A DNA stretch of 64,000 bases from IMG/VR virus record IMGVR_UViG_3300027749_000042. The stretch is one strand, 5' to 3'. The notes under the pieces were generated by a model that saw only the letters and a program-made list of their open reading frames with translations, was not told the DNA's origin and did not search any database. Positions 1 through 4,976 of this stretch are shown piece after piece (position 1 is the first letter of the stretch; every line of letters begins with the position of its first letter). The position numbers and the translations under genes were made by a program. The stretch is from a virus.

Positions 1-8
1 AGGAGCCA
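1..8 (+). tRNA. 3' end of a tRNA cut by the window edge
   Basis: AGGAGCCA ends in CCA at the start of a tRNA array. Confidence 0.4.
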
Positions 9-11
9 ATT

Positions 12-122
12 AGAAGAGGCGGTATCGGTGGAGCTTCATAGCTTGTTTCACGAACACCGAGAGAACATCCCATTGGTCGTGCGATGGTATTCAGTATCCC
101 TATTAGTGGGAACGCCTCTTCT
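12..122 (+). ncRNA. Unknown structured RNA A
   Basis: 10-bp closing helix AGAAGAGGCG/CGCCTCTTCT, three internal hairpins, possible CACGA/TCGTG loop pairing. Confidence 0.55.
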
Positions 123-132
123 TTTCATCCAC

Positions 133-207
133 GGTCCGTTAGCTCAGCGGTAGAGCAACGCTTTTACACGGCGAAGGTCGGCGGTTCAATCCCGTCACGG
201 ACTACCA
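133..207 (+). tRNA. tRNA-Val(TAC)
   Basis: Cloverleaf, anticodon loop TTTACAC, GTTCAATC T-loop, CCA. Confidence 0.95.
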
Positions 208-283
208 GGGGGTATAGCTCAGTTGGGAGAGCGCCTGCTTTGCAAGCAGGATGTCGTCAGTTCGATTCTGGCTACCTCCACCA
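208..283 (+). tRNA. tRNA-Ala(TGC)
   Basis: GGGGGTA/TACCTCC acceptor with G3:U70, loop TTTGCAA, CCA. Confidence 0.97.
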
Positions 284-286
284 AGT

Positions 287-393
287 TCAGGACTAACAGT
301 AGAAGCAAATGGTTACCTACTGTGAATGACGAATTGATGCTGGGAGACCCGTTAAATCCTAACCATAGGTTGCATCTAGTAATCAAGTCCTGA
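287..393 (+). ncRNA. Unknown structured RNA B (kissing loop)
   Basis: TCAGGACT/AGTCCTGA closing stem, ACAGTAG/CTACTGT and GATGC/GCATC arms, ATGGTTA/TAACCAT loop complementarity. Confidence 0.6.
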
Positions 394-395
394 TT

Positions 396-502
396 CAGCG
401 TGGTTGATGGACCGGAGTTGCGGAACCATCCGAGCAATCACAGGCTGCTCGTTAATCCGATGCTGTGTGTGTGGTTACTGGTGACACTCCTAAGCTGTAG
501 GA
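396..502 (+). ncRNA. Unknown structured RNA C
   Basis: CAGCGT/ATGCTG, GATGG/CCATC, CGAGCA/TGCTCG and TCCTA/TAGGA stems. Confidence 0.4.
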
Positions 503-515
503 ACCTTATCTAATT

Positions 516-592
516 GTCTCGTTAGCTCAACTGAATAGAGCATCGGTCTACGAAACCGAAGGTTGGGGGTTTGACTCCCTCACGGGACTCCA
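516..592 (+). tRNA. tRNA-Arg(ACG)
   Basis: Cloverleaf, TCGGT-CTACGAA-ACCGA arm, CCA. Confidence 0.93.
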
Positions 593-655
593 TATCGCGT
601 ACGGGATGGTGTGGCTTGGCGAGGCCTGTGTACACAACACCATCCCTCTAGTTTT

Positions 656-731
656 GCCCTTATAGCTCAGCTGGTAGAGCAACTGATTTGTAATCAGTAG
701 GTCCGGAGTTCGAATCTTCGTGGGGGCACCA
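656..731 (+). tRNA. tRNA-Thr(TGT)
   Basis: Canonical cloverleaf, loop TTTGTAA, CCA. Confidence 0.96.
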
Positions 732-734
732 TAA

Positions 735-897
735 TTCGAAGGGATGAGATCCTTTGCGTCACCACCTAACCTGAGTTCAAGCGGCCTTGGTGGATATAGG
801 CTAGGGCTGCCTGAAGTGTCCCTGTTTCTTGAACCGTCTTGTCTCAGAACCTGTTGCGCGAAAAGGCAACCGCTGGATGGCAGTAACCAGTACCGAA
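735..897 (+). ncRNA. Unknown structured RNA D
   Basis: Nested stems CTGAG/CTCAG, GTTCAAG/CTTGAAC, GTTGC/GCAAC, CTGG/CCAG; CCACC/GGTGG pseudoknot. Confidence 0.55.
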
Positions 898-901
898 ATT
901 T

Positions 902-976
902 GATCCTGTAAGCATCTGGTGAGGCTGACCCTCTGTCTAAGGGTTGAGGAGGGTTCGATTCCCTTCAGGATCGCCA
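902..976 (+). tRNA. tRNA-Asp(GTC)
   Basis: GATCCTG/CAGGATC acceptor, loop CTGTCTA, G73, CCA. Confidence 0.9.
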
Positions 977-982
977 AAGTTT

Positions 983-1059
983 GCCCCTGTAGTCCAACTG
1001 GTAGAGGCACCGGATTTAGGTTCCGGGTGGTGGGAGTTCGAATCTCTCCAGGGGCACCA
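983..1059 (+). tRNA. tRNA-Leu(TAG), short variable arm
   Basis: CCGGA-TTTAGGT-TCCGG arm, A73, CCA. Confidence 0.9.
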
Positions 1060-1074
1060 ATCTAAGGATATATT

Positions 1075-1533
1075 ATGCAAAAGATGATCGTGCTTGACAA
1101 TGTGTTTGATCCTGCTATAGTAGAGCAGTTGAAAGCGTTTGATTATGGTCCGCCAATGCCACAGCGTTGGTACGATTACGGCGTTAGCGCATTGCATGAA
1201 AAGATCCTTGAAATCGCGAAGGAACATTTTGATCTATCGCAGACAACTGGTTATGAAATGTGGGTCAATCAAAAAGCCGTTGGTTGGCATTTTGACCATG
1301 ATGAATACATATATAAGCGAACGCAGGAACTGATATTTCCTGCTGTGAGCATCGTGTACTATGCACACATTGAAAACATGCAAGGTGGCGATTTCACGTC
1401 CGAGAGTTTTCGATGCACACCTAAGACAAATAGATTGGTTATGTTCTCTTCGGACATTTACCATGCTGTGTATGATTACACAGGCACACGATTTGCAATT
1501 AGTATGAATCCGTGGAATAACAGGCCCGTATAG
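1075..1533 (+). CDS. 2OG-Fe(II) oxygenase
   Basis: HxD (WHFD)...H...R motifs, DSBH-like pattern; stop lies inside the next tRNA. Confidence 0.8.
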   Translation: MQKMIVLDNVFDPAIVEQLKAFDYGPPMPQRWYDYGVSALHEKILEIAKEHFDLSQTTGYEMWVNQKAVGWHFDHDEYIYKRTQELIFPAVSIVYYAHIENMQGGDFTSESFRCTPKTNRLVMFSSDIYHAVYDYTGTRFAISMNPWNNRPV

Positions 1534-1600
1534 TCCAATTGGAAGAGGCGTCGGTTTCAAACTCCGAATGTTGTAGGTTCGAGTCCTACTATGGGCACCA
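1524..1600 (+). tRNA. tRNA-Leu(CAA), short variable arm
   Basis: GCCCGTA/TATGGGC acceptor, loop TTCAAAC, CCA. Confidence 0.85.
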
Positions 1601-1615
1601 ATTTAAAGGTATATC

Positions 1616-2212
1616 ATGCAGAAATTCAATTTGTTTTCAACACCAGTAGCAATTTTTGATTTGCCGGATTTTGAAAGAATCAATAAAATTATTTTAGATG
1701 GCAATCTCAAAGGTGTTGCTGAGCAAAATGGTTCAGATACTTTTGAGTATTCACAAGACAGAAATATCTGGAGTCATAGATATAATGAAGGTATAAATAT
1801 TCTTCATGATTTCTTTTTGGAATCTGCTGCCAAATATGCAACTGAATTTTTTGAGATGGAATATAAACCAGATTTCTTTAGACATGCTAGAGGGTGGATT
1901 AATTTTTGTAAATATGGGCAAGAATATAGATTTCATAGTCATCGAATGACTACGATTGCAGCCACTTATTATGTGGATGTAGGAGATAAAGGTGGGATCA
2001 TTCGACTACTCGATCCTAGATCGACGTTAGGTTGGATTAGTCTTAATCCTGAACATTATAATGTGTTCAACTATAAGCCAAAAGCTGGACAGATGATTAT
2101 GTTTCCTGGGTGGCTAGTTCATCAAGTGTCGCACAATCAAACCGATAAAGATCGTGTGGCAGTGACAACAAATATGAATCTTATTCAGAAGCACTATGCT
2201 ACCTTAGTGTAA
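1616..2212 (+). CDS. 2OG-Fe(II) oxygenase (TIGR02466-like)
   Basis: LFSTP N-terminus, WIN...HSH...YY, DPR, FPGWLxH, RVAVTTN. Confidence 0.85.
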   Translation: MQKFNLFSTPVAIFDLPDFERINKIILDGNLKGVAEQNGSDTFEYSQDRNIWSHRYNEGINILHDFFLESAAKYATEFFEMEYKPDFFRHARGWINFCKYGQEYRFHSHRMTTIAATYYVDVGDKGGIIRLLDPRSTLGWISLNPEHYNVFNYKPKAGQMIMFPGWLVHQVSHNQTDKDRVAVTTNMNLIQKHYATLV

Positions 2213-2273
2213 TTGGTAAGCACCCGGTGTTGTGGACGCCGGAGTTCAAGTTCGAATCTTGGAGGTAGTGCCA
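2198..2273 (+). tRNA. tRNA-His(GTG)
   Basis: CGGTG-TTGTGGA-CGCCG arm, TTCGAAT T-loop, CCA; no encoded G-1. Confidence 0.92.
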
Positions 2274-2274
2274 A

Positions 2275-2282
2275 TATAAATA
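2275..2282 (+). promoter_or_regulatory. T4-type late promoter motif
   Basis: TATAAATA. Confidence 0.5.
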
Positions 2283-2357
2283 GATCCTAGAGCATGACTG
2301 GCTATGCGGGTGTCTCTAAAACATCGAATACGGGTTCAAGTCCCGTTAGGATCACCA
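2283..2357 (+). tRNA. Amber suppressor tRNA (anticodon CUA)
   Basis: Perfect GATCCTA/TAGGATC acceptor, GCAT/ATGC D-stem, GGTGT-CTCTAAA-ACATC arm, ACGGG-TTCAAGT-CCCGT T-arm, ACCA. Confidence 0.88.
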
Positions 2358-2425
2358 ACTGATAATGGAGTAATAACATGAAGGTATTTTTTCTGTAGGT
2401 TTTTCGTCCCCCATGAATTTTCTTA

Positions 2426-2454
2426 TTGACTTTGAATAATCACTATCGTATAAT
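2426..2454 (+). promoter_or_regulatory. sigma70-type early promoter
   Basis: TTGACT-17nt-TATAAT upstream of ORF 2479. Confidence 0.75.
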
Positions 2455-2478
2455 GTTAACATCAATAAGGAAACCAAC

Positions 2479-2895
2479 ATGTCTATCAAGTTAAAGATCA
2501 AGTCTAAACATCTCGCATTGGAAGCTGGCGTCATTCGGTTCGAGGAACAGAAACTCAAGCGCCAGATTGAATGGCTCAAGACACACCAAAAGGACGAGAC
2601 TAAAGTTCGTTTTATGTGGAAGTCATTGAATAGCCATCGTCGTTTTGATGTTCGCAATGAAGCTCGTGCTACTCTTCTCGCTCGCGCATACATAGAAGGG
2701 CGAATTTACAAAACGGTAGAACATTGTCGTAAAGATAATGGTACGTTCAAGACGTATATTTTGCCTCGTATTGTTTCAATGGTCATCAAATATGAGCATG
2801 GAAAAATTGAAAAGTTTATGAAGCCAGACGATGTAAAAGCCGTGCGCGACGAGGTCGTAGCGTGGCTTGAAGGTCAAGTCTGGGTTCAAGTATAA
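2479..2895 (+). CDS. Hypothetical basic phage protein
   Basis: 138-aa ORF, AAGGA RBS, own promoter. Confidence 0.7.
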   Translation: MSIKLKIKSKHLALEAGVIRFEEQKLKRQIEWLKTHQKDETKVRFMWKSLNSHRRFDVRNEARATLLARAYIEGRIYKTVEHCRKDNGTFKTYILPRIVSMVIKYEHGKIEKFMKPDDVKAVRDEVVAWLEGQVWVQV

Positions 2896-2902
2896 AAGAA
2901 TT

Positions 2903-2996
2903 GGGTGAGTTGATGCTATGGCGTGTGCATCTCCGGACTGTAAATCCGGTCCCTATGTGGTAAACAATGTAGGTTCGACTCCTACCTCACCCACCA
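2903..2996 (+). tRNA. tRNA-Tyr(GTA)
   Basis: Loop CTGTAAA, long variable arm, CCA. Confidence 0.92.
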
Positions 2997-3000
2997 CTAC

Positions 3001-3081
3001 CATCGGATCGTGTGCCCACCGTGCGGCAGCCGATGTAAAACAAACCCGTGGCGCTTATGGAGCCAATTAACGGTGGGAACA
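3001..3081 (+). ncRNA. Unknown pseudoknotted RNA E
   Basis: CATCGG/CCGATG stem whose loop pairs 11/12 bp with 3070-3081. Confidence 0.55.
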
Positions 3082-3085
3082 GTTT

Positions 3086-3161
3086 GCCGATGTAGCTCAG
3101 TTGGTAGAGCGCACCCTTCATACGGGTATTGTCACTGGTTCAAGTCCAGTTTTCGGCACCA
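3086..3161 (+). tRNA. tRNA-Met(CAT), elongator type (or Ile2)
   Basis: Cloverleaf, loop TTCATAC, CCA. Confidence 0.9.
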
Positions 3162-3166
3162 ATTGA

Positions 3167-3241
3167 AGCAGAGTGGAGCAGTAGTAGCTCGTTTGGTTCA
3201 TACCCAAAAGGTCGGCGGTGCAATTCCGTCCTCTGCATCCA
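3167..3241 (+). tRNA. tRNA-Met(CAT), initiator-like
   Basis: A1xA72 mismatch, GTGGAGCAG D-arm, loop TTCATAC, variant T-loop TGCAATT. Confidence 0.8.
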
Positions 3242-3349
3242 ATATAGTCTCGCAGCGTTTGGATTACCTAGGGCTTGAAATCCAAGGTTCACGGTCACAA
3301 AGCGAGTGTGGTGGTACTGCATGGTAAGGTTCGCTCTTACCAACTATAT
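3242..3349 (+). ncRNA. tRNA-like structured RNA F
   Basis: ATATAGT/ACTATAT closing helix stacked on TGGTAAG-GTTCGCT-CTTACCA hairpin; CTCGC/GCGAG and TTGGATT/AATCCAA arm. Confidence 0.55.
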
Positions 3350-3353
3350 ACAT

Positions 3354-3429
3354 GCCGTCTAAGCTAATCTAGTGAAAGCGCCTGCCTGAAGAGCTGGAGA
3401 GCTTGGAGCGTAACCAAGAGACGGCACCA
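3354..3429 (+). tRNA. tRNA-Phe(GAA), non-canonical D/T loops
   Basis: GCCGTCT/AGACGGC acceptor, loop CTGAAGA, T-loop AGCGTAA, ACCA. Confidence 0.8.
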
Positions 3430-3430
3430 T

Positions 3431-3438
3431 TATAAATA
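3431..3438 (+). promoter_or_regulatory. T4-type late promoter
   Basis: TATAAATA upstream of the HNH gene with GGAGG RBS. Confidence 0.7.
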
Positions 3439-3460
3439 CATCCGTAACAACGGAGGTATA

Positions 3461-3850
3461 ATGCCAAGAAAACCAAAAGATTTATATAAAGAAGATATAC
3501 GCGATAAACATGTTGGTCATGGAGTTGCTCGATCACCACATTGGTCAACTGTACAGCATAATCATTTAAAACTTGAACCAGCTTGTGCTGCATGTGGCGG
3601 CGGTTTGAATCTTAATGTTCACCATAAAAAACCATTTCACCTATTCCCAGAATTAGAATTAGAACCAACAAACCTAATCACGCTATGCATGGATGGCGAT
3701 AAAGATTGCCATATCAAGTTGGGTCATGGTGGCAATTTCAAAGCATATAATCCAGACGTAGAGGAACATGTGGCTATTGTAAATGCAGACTTCACACTTC
3801 TAGAAGAATATGCGAAGAAAGCAAAAAAGAATAGGTTGCTAGTCGGATGA
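3461..3850 (+). CDS. HNH endonuclease family protein
   Basis: CxxC...VHH...NLITLC...CH...GH. Confidence 0.85.
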   Translation: MPRKPKDLYKEDIRDKHVGHGVARSPHWSTVQHNHLKLEPACAACGGGLNLNVHHKKPFHLFPELELEPTNLITLCMDGDKDCHIKLGHGGNFKAYNPDVEEHVAIVNADFTLLEEYAKKAKKNRLLVG

Positions 3851-4494
3851 AACGCCTCGCTCTTTTTCAACACCATCCTGAATGTTCCAGGCAATGTTGT
3901 GATGGAATTGAGCGAGCATTATCTCCGCAATATGAAGTGAAGCTGTTTACGGTTCAAGATAATCTTGATGAGGTGCTAAATGATGTGGATGGAATTGTTT
4001 TCCCTGGCGGCATTGGCGACAGTGACAGTTATCACGATTTCTTTACACGTTCTAAAGCTAACAAAGTCGCAGCGTTTCTTGATAGAGGTGGTAGGTATAT
4101 CGGCATTTGCATGGGTGCTTATTGGGCTGGTTCTAGATATTTTGACATCCTTGATAAAGTAGATGCGGTTCAATATATCAAGCGGCCGACTGCTGAGATA
4201 CGCCGAAGTTATGGCACGGTCGCTGATATTGAATGGCTTGGTCAAAAAGAAAAGATGTTCTTCTATGACGGTTGTGTCTTTACAGGCACTGGAAAATATG
4301 ATACTATTGCCAAATATGCTAACGATGAACCGATGGCAATCATTCAAGGCAATCTTGGTTTGATTGGTTGCCATCCTGAGAGCGAGGAATTTTGGTATGA
4401 GAGCCCTTATCAGTATCTTGATGGATATTGGCACGATGGTAAACATCACCAGTTGCTACTAGATTTTGTGAATAGACTTTGGAGAGTTGGCTGA
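3847..4494 (+). CDS. Class I glutamine-amidotransferase-like (BPL_N-type) protein
   Basis: FPGG, YIGICMGAY nucleophile elbow, HPE triad. Confidence 0.8.
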   Translation: MKRLALFQHHPECSRQCCDGIERALSPQYEVKLFTVQDNLDEVLNDVDGIVFPGGIGDSDSYHDFFTRSKANKVAAFLDRGGRYIGICMGAYWAGSRYFDILDKVDAVQYIKRPTAEIRRSYGTVADIEWLGQKEKMFFYDGCVFTGTGKYDTIAKYANDEPMAIIQGNLGLIGCHPESEEFWYESPYQYLDGYWHDGKHHQLLLDFVNRLWRVG

Positions 4495-4570
4495 GTGGCC
4501 TAAAGCACTCGTTTGCTAAATGAGCGAACCCTAACCGGTTCCGTGAGTTCGAATCTCACACTCTCCGCCA
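4481..4570 (+). tRNA. tRNA-Ser(GCT)
   Basis: GGAGAGT/ACTCTCC, loop TTGCTAA, long variable arm, GCCA. Confidence 0.95.
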
Positions 4571-4578
4571 TATAAATA
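4571..4578 (+). promoter_or_regulatory. T4-type late promoter
   Basis: TATAAATA 8 nt upstream of tRNA-Trp. Confidence 0.6.
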
Positions 4579-4586
4579 GACTAAAT

Positions 4587-4660
4587 ATCGGTGAAGTGTT
4601 ACGGTAGCACATCAGTCTCCAAAACTGAGGGCCTGGGTTCAACTCCTAGCACCGGTGCCA
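4587..4660 (+). tRNA. tRNA-Trp(CCA)
   Basis: TCAGT-CTCCAAA-ACTGA arm, GCCA. Confidence 0.93.
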
Positions 4661-4668
4661 GAATGAAC

Positions 4669-4820
4669 CGAGAAACTTTAGTTGGAACAAATCGACTGCG
4701 GGTGGTTCCGCTACGATCCGAAAAGTTCTCGCCTCATGGGTTCTCACTAACCAGAGAATCCTTCGTTTGAGGGAGCTGTAAAGGGGCAGCAGGCAAGCGT
4801 AGGAGATACGCACCCTTGCT
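4669..4820 (+). ncRNA. Unknown multi-hairpin RNA G
   Basis: CGAGAAACTTT/AAAGTTCTCG domain plus four tandem hairpins; TGGTT/AACCA loop complementarity. Confidence 0.5.
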
Positions 4821-4826
4821 TATAAC

Positions 4827-4918
4827 GGAAGTGTGGCAGAGTCTGGTTTATTGCTCTAGTCTTGAAAACTAGCGTGCCTGAAAGGGTACCGTGGGTTCGA
4901 ATCCTACCGCTTCCGCCA
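4827..4918 (+). tRNA. tRNA-Ser(TGA)
   Basis: CTAGT-CTTGAAA-ACTAG arm, long variable arm, GCCA. Confidence 0.95.
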
Positions 4919-4976
4919 TTTCTGTTTACTATGTTGTATTGATGACAGGTTTGTTTCATGCAACATAGGAGCAAAA

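Noticed and set aside
84-1227. Short ORFs 84-296, 219-437, 801-1010 and 937-1227
   Set aside because: They overlap tRNAs, structured RNAs or the oxygenase gene and show no protein motifs
2283-2357. Pyrrolysine tRNA
   Set aside because: It shares the CUCUAAA loop but has a normal 5-bp anticodon stem, a D-loop with GG and a TTC T-loop; no pyl genes are in the window
2358-2420. Theta/HDV-like ribozyme after the suppressor tRNA
   Set aside because: No nested P1-P2-P3-P4 pairing found by eye
3461-3850. HNH as an intron-borne or mobile homing element
   Set aside because: Free-standing, no flanking intron structure or interrupted gene seen, and no DNA-binding extension
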